The position numbers and the translations under genes are program-made. Below are positions 30,177-41,517 of a stretch of DNA of 64,000 nucleotides, in pieces (position 1 is the stretch's first letter; every line of letters starts with the position of its first letter). The stretch covers positions 224,001 to 288,000 of the forward strand of contig CAWDLW010000015.1 of the NCBI GenBank assembly GCA_963803145.1, in the 5' to 3' direction. The notes under the pieces are model-generated. The model saw only the letters and a list, made by a program, of their open reading frames with translations, had not been told where the DNA came from and ran no database searches. Source of the DNA: Methanotrichaceae archaeon (GTDB lineage Archaea; Halobacteriota; Methanosarcinia; Methanotrichales; Methanotrichaceae).

Positions 30177-31901
30177 TTGCTCAAGGTTGCAAATTTATGT
30201 AAGACTTATAAGCTAAAGAATGGAGAGGTCTCCGCCCTGGAAGACATTAGCTTCACCGCAAAGCCTGGGGAGATTTTGGGCTTTGTTGGGAAAAGTGGCG
30301 GGGGAAAGAGCACCCTTATGAAGATTCTACGGGGCATGGATGGTTTCGATTCCGGCAGTATTACACTGGATGATCTCACAATAACCTCGGATTCAAGCGA
30401 TGATATGATCAGAGAGCAGATGAAGATCACAGCGATACATCTTCAACGAGACTTCGCCTTATGGACTGAGTCTGCCCTAAATAACGTTGTCAGGCGCGTT
30501 TACTCCCGCACAACCGGCTATGAGGTGCTGCCTATCCCAGCGGTACTGGACTACGATGAGATATATGAAGAGGCGATATATTATCTCAAGCTCGTAGGCC
30601 TCGAGAAGAAGGCGCTTCATTTAGCAACAATTCTCAGTGGCGGCGAGAAGCAGAGGCTTCTCATAGCTCGTCAGCTTGCAAAGAAGCCTAAAGTACTATT
30701 ACTGGACGAGCCTGCGACGATGGCGTGTCCTGCAACAAAGCAAGAGGTTCTGGACGCAATCAAGAATGTAAACAAAGAGCTTGGCATCACTATACTGGTA
30801 GTATCCCACCTTCCCGAGATACATGGGTATCTTTCAGATAGATTGATCTGGCTTGATAAAGGGAAAATAGTTGCAGATGGCGAGCCTAAGGTTGTGCTCA
30901 ATAAGTTCTTATCTGGTATAGGAGAGCTTGAACCTCTTTCAGCCAGGTTGAGTGCGCGTCCCCTGATAAAAGTCAGGGAGCTTTTCAAGAGGAACTATCT
31001 TGTAGGACCTGGCGAGGTTTTAAAGATAGAAAATCTCAACTTCGATATAAATGAGGGCGAGATAACATCGCTAATAGGCAATAGCGGTGGCGGTAAGACC
31101 ACTCTACTAAAGATCATGCAGGGCGTAAGGATGCCTGATGCAGGCGTTGTATACTACCGTTATGGCGATAAATGGGTGGATATGACGGCATACTCGCCTG
31201 AAAGGATGTACATTCGAAGAAGCCTGGGAATAATGTATCAGGAGTTCGCCCTATTCCCCGGAGAGATGATTATAGAGCAGATAGCCTATCAGCTTGGCAT
31301 AAAAGGCCAGGATGTTATTGAACATGCAAAATCTGTCGCAGATGATCTAGGGATAAGCGATAAGGTGCTCGATATCCTTTACACACTTACGGATATGTCG
31401 GAAGAAGATGCCAAGGCAGTTCTAGAATCTCTTGGTCTCACAAGGGATGTCTTCAAGGATCTCTTCCCGAGGTTCCCAACGACAGAAGCAGGTGAGTTTG
31501 CTGAGCCCGTGTTCAAGCTTATGGATCTGGACCCAAGCATTTTGTGGAAGCTTCCGGACCAGCTCAGTGGCGGAGAGAAGGTCAGGGCCGCTCTTGCGAT
31601 ACTTCTGGCTGCTAATCCCAAGATACTGATACTAGACGAGCCCTTTGGAGATATAGACCCAATCACCTTGAGAGAGGTATCTAATGCCATAAAGAAGATC
31701 AACTCTGAATTTGAGACGACGATACTTCTTGTCAGCCATCATGTTGACTTCGTGAGGGAAGTCTCGCACAGGGCTATCCTCATAGATAAGGGCGTTATAA
31801 CCGCTGATGGCGATCCTAACTATGTTAGTGATATCTTCATAGCGAAATGTGGGGCTGCTTATCTGAGGCAATCTCCAGAACGCTGTCCAATCAACGGATG
31901 A
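30177..31901 (+). CDS. atwA: Methyl-coenzyme M reductase system component A2 (double ABC ATPase)
   Basis: Two Walker A/LSGGE/DEP sets without TMs; DEPATMACP and FPRFP motifs. Confidence 0.88.
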   Translation: MLKVANLCKTYKLKNGEVSALEDISFTAKPGEILGFVGKSGGGKSTLMKILRGMDGFDSGSITLDDLTITSDSSDDMIREQMKITAIHLQRDFALWTESALNNVVRRVYSRTTGYEVLPIPAVLDYDEIYEEAIYYLKLVGLEKKALHLATILSGGEKQRLLIARQLAKKPKVLLLDEPATMACPATKQEVLDAIKNVNKELGITILVVSHLPEIHGYLSDRLIWLDKGKIVADGEPKVVLNKFLSGIGELEPLSARLSARPLIKVRELFKRNYLVGPGEVLKIENLNFDINEGEITSLIGNSGGGKTTLLKIMQGVRMPDAGVVYYRYGDKWVDMTAYSPERMYIRRSLGIMYQEFALFPGEMIIEQIAYQLGIKGQDVIEHAKSVADDLGISDKVLDILYTLTDMSEEDAKAVLESLGLTRDVFKDLFPRFPTTEAGEFAEPVFKLMDLDPSILWKLPDQLSGGEKVRAALAILLAANPKILILDEPFGDIDPITLREVSNAIKKINSEFETTILLVSHHVDFVREVSHRAILIDKGVITADGDPNYVSDIFIAKCGAAYLRQSPERCPING

Positions 31902-31906
31902 TTCGT

Positions 31907-33031
31907 ATGGACCCCGAGCTTAAGGAGATCTTCGAGCAGGTATCTGAGCAGATCTCCCTGGATGAGTTCGAGAGCAGAGTCGAAGAGAAGATCTCACTTA
32001 TGGCAGGGCTATGTGACAGAAGAACTGCCGCTATGCTTGTGGCACGGGAACTGGGCGCTTCAGAAGTCATTACAAAGATAGAAAGGATCAGGCCTGAGAT
32101 AGGAATGGTCGTATTCACAGGCAAAGTCCTCTTCATCTCAGATATCCGTGAGTTCAGCAGGAGCGATGGATCAACTGGGAGGGTGGCGAACCTAACTTTA
32201 GGAGATGAGACAGGCACGATCCAAGTTGCCCTGTGGGATGAGTATACAGATGTTGTGAAATCGGGCGATCTGAAGACAGGTATATGTCTAAAGGTTAAAG
32301 GCGTAGCCAAAGAGGGCTATAAAGGCACTGAAGTAAGCTTGGGCCATGGCGGAAGCATAGAAGAGGTTGATATAGATATAAAGCCTCGGGAAGAGCCCTA
32401 CAAAATATCTGAGATCAAAAGGGATATGGGCGAGGTGAATATTATTGCACAGATCATTGACCCTGGAGAGGCAAGAGAGTTCACCCGCAATGACGGCTCA
32501 AAAGGCATTGTCAGATCTCTTCTTCTTGGAGATGAAACAGGCAAGATCAGGCTCACGCTCTGGAACGACAATGCCAAGATGGATTTGGCCAGGGGAGAAA
32601 CTCTTGAGATTATAAACGGATCTTCACGCGAGAGATATAACCAGGTAGAGATACAGACTGGCAGTTACACAGTTTTAAGGAAAAGCAATCATAAGATAAA
32701 CTATTCAGAGAAGGTCACTCCTATTGAGGACCTCAAGCCGGGAATGATATGTAGCGTATCAGGATATGTTACTGGCCTTGGAGAGGTTCGTGAATTTCAA
32801 AGAGAGGACGGCAAAGCCGGAAAAGTTGTGAATATTTACATCTCCGATGCTACGGGGAGAGTCAAGGTCGCCCTCTGGGGAGATCATGTCCAACTCATCG
32901 ATGGCCTTGATCTAGGGTATAAGGCTGATCTGATCGATTGCCAAGTTAAAAGCGGCTGGACCGAGGGGTTGGAGATCAGCTGCGGCTGGCGAACAAGGAT
33001 TACTTTCGCCCCGCCTGAGAAAATGAGTTAA
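31907..33031 (+). CDS. rpa: Replication protein A (multi OB-fold ssDNA-binding)
   Basis: Three REF.R.DG..G.V....GDETG.I...LW OB repeats; upstream of radA; track start 31847. Confidence 0.9.
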   Translation: MDPELKEIFEQVSEQISLDEFESRVEEKISLMAGLCDRRTAAMLVARELGASEVITKIERIRPEIGMVVFTGKVLFISDIREFSRSDGSTGRVANLTLGDETGTIQVALWDEYTDVVKSGDLKTGICLKVKGVAKEGYKGTEVSLGHGGSIEEVDIDIKPREEPYKISEIKRDMGEVNIIAQIIDPGEAREFTRNDGSKGIVRSLLLGDETGKIRLTLWNDNAKMDLARGETLEIINGSSRERYNQVEIQTGSYTVLRKSNHKINYSEKVTPIEDLKPGMICSVSGYVTGLGEVREFQREDGKAGKVVNIYISDATGRVKVALWGDHVQLIDGLDLGYKADLIDCQVKSGWTEGLEISCGWRTRITFAPPEKMS

Positions 33032-33068
33032 ATATGCAGTTTCAATGATAGCCGGAGGAAAAGAATAG

Positions 33069-34037
33069 ATGGCAACATTATTAGAAGATCTTCCAGGCGT
33101 AGGACCTGCTACCGCTGAAAAGCTCAGAGAGGCTGGATTCAACTCAATCGAGACGATTGCAGTTGCATCTCCGGGGGAGCTTGTAGCTCTTGAGGTAGGC
33201 GAGGCAACAGCATCAAAGATAATTGCCGCTGCACGCGAGGCTGCGGACATCGGAGGGTTTGAGACAGGAGATCAAATCCTTGAGAGGAGAAAGCACGTCG
33301 GCAAGGTCACAACCGGCAGCAAAAGCTTTAACGAACTTCTGGGCGGAGGAATGGAGACCCAATCCATAGTCGAACTCTATGGCGAGTTCGGCTCAGGCAA
33401 GACACAGGTGGCTCACCAGCTGGCTATAAACGTTCAGCTTCCTCTGGAGATGGGGGGGCTCAATGGCTCGGCAATAATCATCGATACTGAGAACACATTC
33501 CGGCCGGAGAGGATCTCCCAGATGGTCGATGGTCTGCCCCCCCACGAGGGTTATACATGGGATTTTGGAGAGTTTCTCAAGCATATAAATGTTGCAAGGG
33601 CTTTTAATTCCAACCATCAGATACTCCTGGCAGAGAGTGCAATGGAGCTTGCAGAGAACCTCAAAGATTCAGAGAAGCCTGTTCGCCTCCTGATCGTTGA
33701 TTCTGTTACAGCGCACTTCAGGGCGGAGTACGTAGGGCGCGGAACGCTGGCCGATAGGCAGCAGAAGCTGAACAAGCACCTGCACGACCTTATGCGATTT
33801 GCCGATATTAACAATGCCCTGATACTTGTGACCAACCAGGTAATGTCAAAGCCTGATACATTCTTCGGCGATCCCACGAAGCCTGTCGGCGGACATGTGC
33901 TGGGCCATACGGCTACGTTCCGTTTGTACCTCCGAAAGTCCAAAGGCGAGAAGCGTATAGCCAGGCTTGTCGATTCTCCAAATCTGCCAGATGGTGAAGC
34001 AGTCTTCAATGTAACTACAGACGGCATAAAGGATTGA
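33069..34037 (+). CDS. radA: DNA repair and recombination protein RadA
   Basis: LEDLPGVG Hh[35 protein letters not shown]. Confidence 0.98.
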   Translation: MATLLEDLPGVGPATAEKLREAGFNSIETIAVASPGELVALEVGEATASKIIAAAREAADIGGFETGDQILERRKHVGKVTTGSKSFNELLGGGMETQSIVELYGEFGSGKTQVAHQLAINVQLPLEMGGLNGSAIIIDTENTFRPERISQMVDGLPPHEGYTWDFGEFLKHINVARAFNSNHQILLAESAMELAENLKDSEKPVRLLIVDSVTAHFRAEYVGRGTLADRQQKLNKHLHDLMRFADINNALILVTNQVMSKPDTFFGDPTKPVGGHVLGHTATFRLYLRKSKGEKRIARLVDSPNLPDGEAVFNVTTDGIKD

Positions 34038-34123
34038 GCTAAATTACCAGCTGAGTTGTTTGATGTCTAATCGTCCTATAGGAAACTGAGCTGAAAAGGA
34101 TCAACCGGTCCATAAAAAGTCAA

Positions 34124-34183
34124 ACGGCTGCGGTGCACCCACTGCTTGCAGTGGGGCATACAGTGGGGCATACAAGGCGCCGT
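34124..34183. repeat. REP-like GC-rich palindrome with 12-bp duplication
   Basis: CCCACTGC-TT-GCAGTGGG stem; CAGTGGGGCATA x2; outer ACGGC/GCCGT stem. Confidence 0.6.
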
Positions 34184-34589
34184 CACACTATAGGCAAACT
34201 GATCCATCCCTAAATTAGATAAGGATGCTCTTTATTCCATCCAAGTAAAAATGACTATAACCATCCAATGAGATGCGACGCAGGATAAACGAATTAAATA
34301 TTGTTTTAGAGGATGCGAAGGCTGGTGAGGCCAGATATTTCACTAAAATAGCTTATTATAGCTTATAATGGCGAACTTAAAGGAAATATGGAGTGAACTG
34401 GCTAGATCGCTCTGGAAGATATTTTTAGCTGTTTTATAGCCTTATATAAGGCACAATTTTTGCCATTTGGCCACTAAAAGAGAGCTTTTTATAGTTAGAG
34501 TCATTTAAACAAATAGCTTTTCCGGATTGGAGGCTTGGGATATGAATATCCTGATAGCCGACGCATAGCTATAATCTGGAGATAACAGT

Positions 34590-37256
34590 ATGCTGGCAAC
34601 TCCTGATCGCAGATGCTTTTGCATTGTCCTCTGCATCCTGATCTTGATAGTTCTGTGGGTGATGCCAGCTATGGCTGACGACAGTAGTCCTCAGGTTCTT
34701 ATTCTTAATTCCTACTCAAAGTATAATTCCTGGACGAACGAAGAGATGGATGGATTTATGGAGGTCTACCATCGAGAGATTTCAGGCTCCTTTGATCCCA
34801 TGATCGAGTACATGGATTCTGACCGATATCCGGAAAAAGATGATGAAAAACTTCTTCTTAATATTTATCGTTATAGATACTCAGGAAAAAAGTTAGATGC
34901 AGTCGTTGTTTTTGATGCTCCGGCTCTGGCCTTTGCACTTGAACACCGAGCGGAACTCTTTCCGGGAGCCTACATGATCTTCGCCGGGATTAACAGCTTC
35001 AACGAATCACGTACCGCTAGCCATGACAAGATCATAGGCGTTTTAACGAAACCGGATATAGCCGGCACACTAGGGGCCATGCTTCAGATTCATCCTAATG
35101 CCAAACAAATCCTTGTAGTGATGGACTCCACAGAATCCGGAGATGCCTTCAAGCAAGAGCTGAACCAACAGATCCAACCATTTAAAGATAGGTTGAGCTT
35201 CCGGGCGCTGCAGGATGCCAATATGACCTCAGTGCTTTCGAAAGTGTTGGCCCTTAACAACAGCAGCCTGATCCTTTGTGGACCCTTCAATCGTGACCAG
35301 GACGGGCGAATATTCAACTCCAGTGAGGCCACTGAAGAGATTAGTTCTCACAGCAGGGTGCCTGTTTACGGAGTCTGGGATTTTCAGCTTGGGATGGGCA
35401 TTGTTGGAGGCCGATTAGTATCGGGGAGAGTTCAGGGTGAAAATGCTGCCACTCTTGCAATTGAAGCATTGAGAGGAGATAATCCGGCCATAATCCAAAA
35501 TAGCTCAGCTGCACTAGAATTTGATCTGCAACAGATGGCCCGCTTCGGCATCTCGCCGCAATCATTGCCCAGTGGGAGCAAGGTAATCAATGTTCGGCCT
35601 TCAATTTATGATCAATATAACTCCCTGATCCTGGCTCTTGCAACCATGCTTCTTTCCATAATCCTTGGACTCGTCGCAATCTCGGCTATAAATATCAGAC
35701 AGCGATCTGCCATAGAAAAAGGGCTGAAAGATAGCGAGCGAAAATATCGAGAATTAGAAATCCAGCTGCCCCAGACAGTGTTCGAGCTGGATTCCTTAGG
35801 CGATATAGCATTCATTAATCGTTCTGGCCTCCAGTTATTTGGATATGCTCCTGAAGATCTGTTAGCAGGCTTGAACATCCTCCAGGTTGTAGCAACAGAG
35901 GATAAAGAGATGGTCGATCGTGATGTCAAGCTGGCATTGAGCGGTATTCCACAGGTACACGAATACCGATTGCAAAAGAAGGACGGCAGTACATTTCCTG
36001 CCATCGCCTATTCGATACCTATAGTTAGAAAAGGTAAGACTGAGGGCATCAAGGGAATCTTTCTTGACATCTCTGAACGCAAACGGACTGAGGAGGAGCT
36101 GAAGAGTGCAATGGAGGCAGCACAGGCTGCTGCACGCGCAAAATCGGATTTTTTAGCAAATATGAGCCATGAGATTCGAACGCCCATGAATGCGGTCATT
36201 GGAATGACCAGCCTTCTTTCTGAGACCAACCTGAACAAGGATCAAATGGAATACCTTGAAACAATCAGGACCAGTGGCCATGCTTTACTTGCCATCATAA
36301 ACGATATCCTTGATTTCTCCAAAATAGAGAGGGGAATGATCGAGCTGGAATACAAGCCCATTCACATACAGGATTGCATTAAGGAAGCTCTAAGCCTAAT
36401 CTCTTCACAGGCGTCGGAGAAAGGCTTGAAACTTCACTATAAGCCGGAAGGCTATATTCCAGAAACAATAGTGGGTGATGCCGCAAGAATTCGCCAGGTC
36501 CTGGTTAACTTGCTCTCGAACGCTGTGAAGTTTACCGAAGAAGGCAATATAGAGGTACAGGCATTGGCATCTGAGCTTTCAGAAGATAGCTATGAGCTGC
36601 ATATTTCAGTCAGGGATACTGGTATCGGCATATCTCAGGAGACCAGTGCCAGGCTATTTCAGCCTTTTTCGCAAGCCGATGCTTCTACTTCCAGGAAATA
36701 TGGCGGAACCGGTCTTGGGCTCGCCATAAGCAAGAGACTTGTGGAGCTTATGGGAGGGAGAATTTGGGTTGAGAGTAAGGAAGGGAAGGGCAGTACCTTC
36801 CACTTCACTATTCAGGTCAACGTATCTGATAGCCCGCCCGAGACTTTAAAGCCAACCTTGGCTTGCAAGGATAAGCTAAGAGAAAAAGAAGCTAGGGATT
36901 TGCACATTCTCCTGGCTGAAGATAATCTAATCAACCAAAGGATAGCTATTCTAATGCTGAGGAAGCTGGGATACATTGCAGATTCAGTGGCCAACGGCAT
37001 TGAGGTCATCGATGCCTTGGATAAACAAAAATACGATCTTATACTGATGGACGTTCAGATGCCCGAAATGGATGGCCTAGAAGCCACTAGAGAGATACGA
37101 AAGCGGTGGCCATCTGATGGCCCCAGAATTGTGGCCCTGACTGCACATGCCATTGAGGGTGATAAAGAGAAATGTCTTGAAGCTGGCATGGATGATTATC
37201 TATGTAAGCCAATAAGCTTAGAGAGTCTAAAGGCCGCTCTAGAGCATTTCCTGTAA
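34590..37256 (+). CDS. Membrane hybrid sensor histidine kinase (extracellular ABC-SBP-like sensor, PAS, HisKA, HATPase_c, REC)
   Basis: VLILNSY, EYMD, G.GIVGG.L.SG sensor motifs; TM; [14 protein letters not shown]; receiver domain. Confidence 0.93.
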   Translation: MLATPDRRCFCIVLCILILIVLWVMPAMADDSSPQVLILNSYSKYNSWTNEEMDGFMEVYHREISGSFDPMIEYMDSDRYPEKDDEKLLLNIYRYRYSGKKLDAVVVFDAPALAFALEHRAELFPGAYMIFAGINSFNESRTASHDKIIGVLTKPDIAGTLGAMLQIHPNAKQILVVMDSTESGDAFKQELNQQIQPFKDRLSFRALQDANMTSVLSKVLALNNSSLILCGPFNRDQDGRIFNSSEATEEISSHSRVPVYGVWDFQLGMGIVGGRLVSGRVQGENAATLAIEALRGDNPAIIQNSSAALEFDLQQMARFGISPQSLPSGSKVINVRPSIYDQYNSLILALATMLLSIILGLVAISAINIRQRSAIEKGLKDSERKYRELEIQLPQTVFELDSLGDIAFINRSGLQLFGYAPEDLLAGLNILQVVATEDKEMVDRDVKLALSGIPQVHEYRLQKKDGSTFPAIAYSIPIVRKGKTEGIKGIFLDISERKRTEEELKSAMEAAQAAARAKSDFLANMSHEIRTPMNAVIGMTSLLSETNLNKDQMEYLETIRTSGHALLAIINDILDFSKIERGMIELEYKPIHIQDCIKEALSLISSQASEKGLKLHYKPEGYIPETIVGDAARIRQVLVNLLSNAVKFTEEGNIEVQALASELSEDSYELHISVRDTGIGISQETSARLFQPFSQADASTSRKYGGTGLGLAISKRLVELMGGRIWVESKEGKGSTFHFTIQVNVSDSPPETLKPTLACKDKLREKEARDLHILLAEDNLINQRIAILMLRKLGYIADSVANGIEVIDALDKQKYDLILMDVQMPEMDGLEATREIRKRWPSDGPRIVALTAHAIEGDKEKCLEAGMDDYLCKPISLESLKAALEHFL

Positions 37257-37265
37257 ATGCGGATA

Positions 37266-38297
37266 TTATTTTATAATCCCAAACATTACTTCCAGTAAGA
37301 CTACAATTAATGGAATAATGATGATTAGAGCTACATATAATATCTCATAGATGCCAAAAGGCCATTCGCTCATTTGATCCAATCGATTTTGAACAGATAA
37401 CATATCTCTTAAATGCAATGTATTCTCATCAGTCGGATTACTACCGGATTCATCCAAAGCTGCTCTAAGCTGGGATGAAAACATATCCATCTTTTCTTTT
37501 TTAGTCGAAGCCATCATCCGATGGATGCTGTACTGGGGCAATATGAAGTACGCAAAAAGCAGGACTGCAAAGGCCAAAAACCATAATATAATTTGCAAAG
37601 AAGAGAACTCTGGAGGGACTATCATATGGAAGAATCCCCATAGAATATAAACGCTGGCTGCTAAGATCGTGAACTTTGAGTAGAGTACCCCTATTGCGTG
37701 AAAATCTGAGTACAAAGCATTGACCCGCAATGGGAGTCCCCCTATTTTATGAACTGTCAGGGCAGTCATTGCCCCGATATATAAACCGGCGCCCTCAATG
37801 TAAACTGCAAAATAGTATCCAATTTTGAAAATAGCATCCGAAATTACGGAATTAAACGTAATCGCATGATAATCAATGCCGGAGGCATGGATAAAGGCGA
37901 TAAAGATGATTGCAAATATGGTCATTCTCTTATCGTTGAATATATTAGCCTTCTGCTCCTTGTATGATTTAACTATCACCTGCTTTGGCAGATCAACAAT
38001 GTTAAAGAGAATCTTATCAAAAGAGCCCAGCCTAATAAGCGCCCAATTGATGGTTATACCCTCAAGAGCAATTATAGCTGAAACGATTAAGAAAACACCG
38101 ATATACTCGAATGATTTTTCAAACAGCATCAAGGCGAGATAAGAAATTAACAGGAAAGCAGCTGCAAAGATAGGCCATCCCAGATAATATGGAACTGGAA
38201 TTGGAGATACAATCTTCTCTAGATGAGTCTTCTTAGATCGCTCTTTTGGGGTTGAAATGGCTTCATCCTGGCTGTCGTTGAGTACCATAGATTTCAT
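37266..38297 (-). CDS. Polytopic membrane hypothetical protein
   Basis: About 7 hydrophobic segments; long ORF. Confidence 0.7.
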   Translation of the reverse strand: MKSMVLNDSQDEAISTPKERSKKTHLEKIVSPIPVPYYLGWPIFAAAFLLISYLALMLFEKSFEYIGVFLIVSAIIALEGITINWALIRLGSFDKILFNIVDLPKQVIVKSYKEQKANIFNDKRMTIFAIIFIAFIHASGIDYHAITFNSVISDAIFKIGYYFAVYIEGAGLYIGAMTALTVHKIGGLPLRVNALYSDFHAIGVLYSKFTILAASVYILWGFFHMIVPPEFSSLQIILWFLAFAVLLFAYFILPQYSIHRMMASTKKEKMDMFSSQLRAALDESGSNPTDENTLHLRDMLSVQNRLDQMSEWPFGIYEILYVALIIIIPLIVVLLEVMFGIIK

Positions 38298-38526
38298 AAG
38301 GGGCTACCATCGGGCTAATTTTCCTACTCTGCCATAATTGTCATTGTTTTTCGTTTTAAACATTTGGCGAAGGGTACTATGACGGCATATGATATATTTT
38401 TTTCTCAGACAATGGAATTTACTATAGGGCTTTATTAAGTCATAACCCTTGAAAATGGAGAAGGTATAGTAGATCGTCCCAGTTACCCATTTTATAGCGG
38501 ATCTTAATCTTCATTTTCCTCAATTC

Positions 38527-39318
38527 TCAAGCTGGCGATTTATGCTTGCTCAGGCTTATAGTGTACATCGACGATAACCCCGAGCTGGAGAACCCAGACA
38601 GTATTCCGCTCGCAATCTGAAGATCTACTGTCTCTACTCCGCCCCCGCTAACGTGATTGATTGTGAGAATGCCGCTAGCCGTATCTAATGCCAGGTCTAC
38701 CGCATCAGTCTTGGTTGGATCAAAGGGATATAATATAATGGGCGGAGCTTTCTGGTAGGGATTTGTTAGTGTGTCCAGGTTCCACATCCTATTATTGAAG
38801 TATTGTTTGCCAGCTCCTTCGAAAACACCGGTTTCATCGCTGTATTTTAGAATGCCGTTTATATAGCTAACAGTGTTATCCTGTTGGTTGGTGGCCGCAT
38901 ATATTTCGATATCGTGAACAGAGGAAACATCGGAATTATCCATACACCATTCTATGTAATCATTGAAAAACTCTGAGAGGGCCTTTGCTTTGGCTATCGA
39001 GCTAAGATTGACCGATGGTGTATATGTCCTATATCCCGGAGACGTAGACTCAACAGGTTTCGAGATATTCGTGACTGCACTTTGCCTTGTGGGTTGAATA
39101 TTTGCTATTATATTTTTGGAAATCCCAGTAGATATTCCGTTAGATGGTCCTTTTAAAGTGCCGTTAGAAAGACCATTGACTGATAGATGATTGCCAGATA
39201 GCCCATTACCAGATAACCCATTGCTTAGTAGCCCATTCCCCGTCAACGCCGAATCTGCGATACCTGCTGACAGCAGAGTGATTGATACCATTAAGAAAAG
39301 CACTGCAAGCGGTTTCAT
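38527..39318 (-). CDS. Secreted hypothetical protein with NGLS(G) pentapeptide repeats
   Basis: GGAGGAG RBS, signal peptide, GNGLLSNGLSGNGLSGNHLSVNGLS. Confidence 0.65.
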   Translation of the reverse strand: MKPLAVLFLMVSITLLSAGIADSALTGNGLLSNGLSGNGLSGNHLSVNGLSNGTLKGPSNGISTGISKNIIANIQPTRQSAVTNISKPVESTSPGYRTYTPSVNLSSIAKAKALSEFFNDYIEWCMDNSDVSSVHDIEIYAATNQQDNTVSYINGILKYSDETGVFEGAGKQYFNNRMWNLDTLTNPYQKAPPIILYPFDPTKTDAVDLALDTASGILTINHVSGGGVETVDLQIASGILSGFSSSGLSSMYTISLSKHKSPA

Positions 39319-39681
39319 TTTTTAACCACGCTCCTCCATGGCAAAAAGTATTATTTGTTCATCTATTTAGCCCTCTGCTCCAGGATCAACGGTCATATAT
39401 CAAGTGCTCCAGTCAAGATCGCTCTGATCACATCGATTGTTATTATCTATCTAATATTGTTTTAGGACAATAAGCTTTTCACTATCACGAATGGAAAGGA
39501 TGCCTCTGCCTTAAAATACCCTTTTCTGCAGTGGATAAATTTGGGTTAACTCCATTAAGAGAGAATGTCATGTAGCTTTTTCTTAAGCCATGGTGATCCA
39601 ACAATAAACCATGTGGCTGAAGCCAGGATGCAGCAAAAATAGAACTAGTTGAAATACAATGATCTTTGTGGTGCTCAATAA

Positions 39682-40386
39682 TTGATCCGCGCAATAGCTG
39701 TAGACATAGATGGAACCTTAACAGATGGCAATAGAGTCCTCTGTCCTGAATCTGTCAATGCCATAAGGCATCTTAAACTTCCAGTTGTTCTCGTCACTGG
39801 AAACACTCACTGCTTCACCAGGGCTACATCAGTGCTTCTGGGCACGCCTCGCATATTCATAGCAGAAAATGGAGGCGTCGTCTCCCATTCAGAGAACGAT
39901 ATGGAGATCTTGGCTGATCCTGTTGTCTGCCAGAAAGCATATCAGGAGCTTTCCAAAGCATTTCCCCTCGAGGTATACAACTCATCCCACTACAGATTTA
40001 CGGATATTACTCTAAAAAGAAACTTCGATGTGGCAGAAGCTTCTCGATACGTAGAAGAGCACGATTTGCCAGTGGAGATAATAGATACAACCTTTGCAGT
40101 ACACATAAAAGATAAAAAGGTGAATAAGGGCACTGGGCTACTCCACGTAGCAGAGCGCATGGGCCTGGACTCAAATGAGTTTGCAGCAATCGGCGACAGC
40201 TTGAGCGATATCCCAATGTTCAATCTGGCAGGTTTCAGCGCATCTGTTGCAAATGCGAGCCCAGAGCTGAAAAAGATATCAAATTATGTGGCAGAAGCAA
40301 GCTACGGCTCTGGCTTCGTCGAGATAATAAAGCACATGGGCGAGCATGAGATCTTCAGCCCTGACTCCTGGACTCCATTTCGCTAA
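39682..40386 (+). CDS. Phosphoglycolate phosphatase, HAD subfamily IIB (archaeal SPP-like)
   Basis: DIDGTLT, VTGN, AENGG, NKG.G, IGDS.SD motifs. Confidence 0.9.
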   Translation: MIRAIAVDIDGTLTDGNRVLCPESVNAIRHLKLPVVLVTGNTHCFTRATSVLLGTPRIFIAENGGVVSHSENDMEILADPVVCQKAYQELSKAFPLEVYNSSHYRFTDITLKRNFDVAEASRYVEEHDLPVEIIDTTFAVHIKDKKVNKGTGLLHVAERMGLDSNEFAAIGDSLSDIPMFNLAGFSASVANASPELKKISNYVAEASYGSGFVEIIKHMGEHEIFSPDSWTPFR

Positions 40387-41014
40387 GAAGTCTTGCCCAG
40401 TTGTTCTCGCAGATTATCCACCATCCAAGAGTATCCTTGGCAACCTGGCGTGCTGCCGGGCAGAAGGCATCTACGGCCAGATTGTACGGCATCTCCTTAA
40501 GCGGTGGATGAAGGGGATACTTGGTGCAGGTCTGCGGGCGGATGGAGTATATGCGGCACTCTTTTTTGTTCATATCGTAAAAAGGACAGGGCTGTTTCAA
40601 CACCCAGGCCTTTAAATCTTTATCATATCTGCAAAGGGTTTTGAGCTTCTTTTTTGAGCCAAGATGCCCCGCTATACTCTCGAAGTCCTCCTTTTCCAGG
40701 TAAAGCCCGGCGCCAGGGCTGTAGCAGCACCGCCCGCACTTCTGGCACTTGAACTTCTCCCAAAATAGCTTCACTCCAGCGTCCGACTCCATCCTTCCAG
40801 GATCTCTGGCAGGCAACGGGAGAGCAATGTCAAATGGGACTTTATCTCCGAGATCGATCTGTTTGAACTGCTCATCTCTTTTGAGGATTGACCAGTGGGG
40901 CCTCTGCTTCAGGAGATTCTCATGCATGCCCTGACGCTTTTGATCTACGCAGATTTGGCCTAAATGCTTGTGGCACAATTTGCGTACGTGAGTTAACTGA
41001 TCTTTATTATTCAT
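40355..41014 (-). CDS. YkgJ family cysteine cluster (CxxCxxCC) protein
   Basis: FKCQKCGRCC, PCPF, C.IY..RP.TC..YP. Confidence 0.88.
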   Translation of the reverse strand: MNNKDQLTHVRKLCHKHLGQICVDQKRQGMHENLLKQRPHWSILKRDEQFKQIDLGDKVPFDIALPLPARDPGRMESDAGVKLFWEKFKCQKCGRCCYSPGAGLYLEKEDFESIAGHLGSKKKLKTLCRYDKDLKAWVLKQPCPFYDMNKKECRIYSIRPQTCTKYPLHPPLKEMPYNLAVDAFCPAARQVAKDTLGWWIICENNWARLLSEMESRSQG

Positions 41015-41199
41015 ATCATGAATACCTTGATGATATTAACTGAAGCAAAAAGATATCTGATTTGCCACCCCTCATATCATATTTGACCGTCTTCATTAAG
41101 TGTTTATATATCTTTGTTCAATTATCGATTGGTTAGCTACAAATATATTGGAGATTAATCCAGAGTACGTTATACGAACAAAATCTGTTGGCGGTAAAT

Positions 41200-41478
41200 A
41201 TGGCAAAGAAAAAAGAACACCATGTGGTTCCGGCTTCTGGGGGAGATTGGTGTGTTAAGAAGGGTGGTGGTGGAACCCCCCCAAAAAACGGCCATGTAAT
41301 AGATCCGCATCCTTCGAAGGATGATGTCCATGCAATTGACCATAATGCTGGACATATTGTTCATAGCAAGGATGGAAAGACTGAAGTTGCTGACAGTAAG
41401 AAGCCAGACAAAAAACGTTCCAATAGGTTACCAGGAGATCCAACAGAGCCTCCAGATTATCCATGGGATAAAAAATAA
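41200..41478 (+). CDS. DUF2188-like small protein (copy 1, divergent)
   Basis: MAKKKEHHVVP..G.W.VKK...IVHSKDGK; track start 41188. Confidence 0.65.
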   Translation: MAKKKEHHVVPASGGDWCVKKGGGGTPPKNGHVIDPHPSKDDVHAIDHNAGHIVHSKDGKTEVADSKKPDKKRSNRLPGDPTEPPDYPWDKK

Positions 41479-41517
41479 AATTCCAGTATCGGGAGCGATC
41501 GATTTAGGGGCACAATA

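Noticed and set aside
34345-34500. Three AGCT(N)TTATAG-like motifs upstream of the second kinase
   Set aside because: Degenerate and AT-rich; cannot be told apart from TATA-like background
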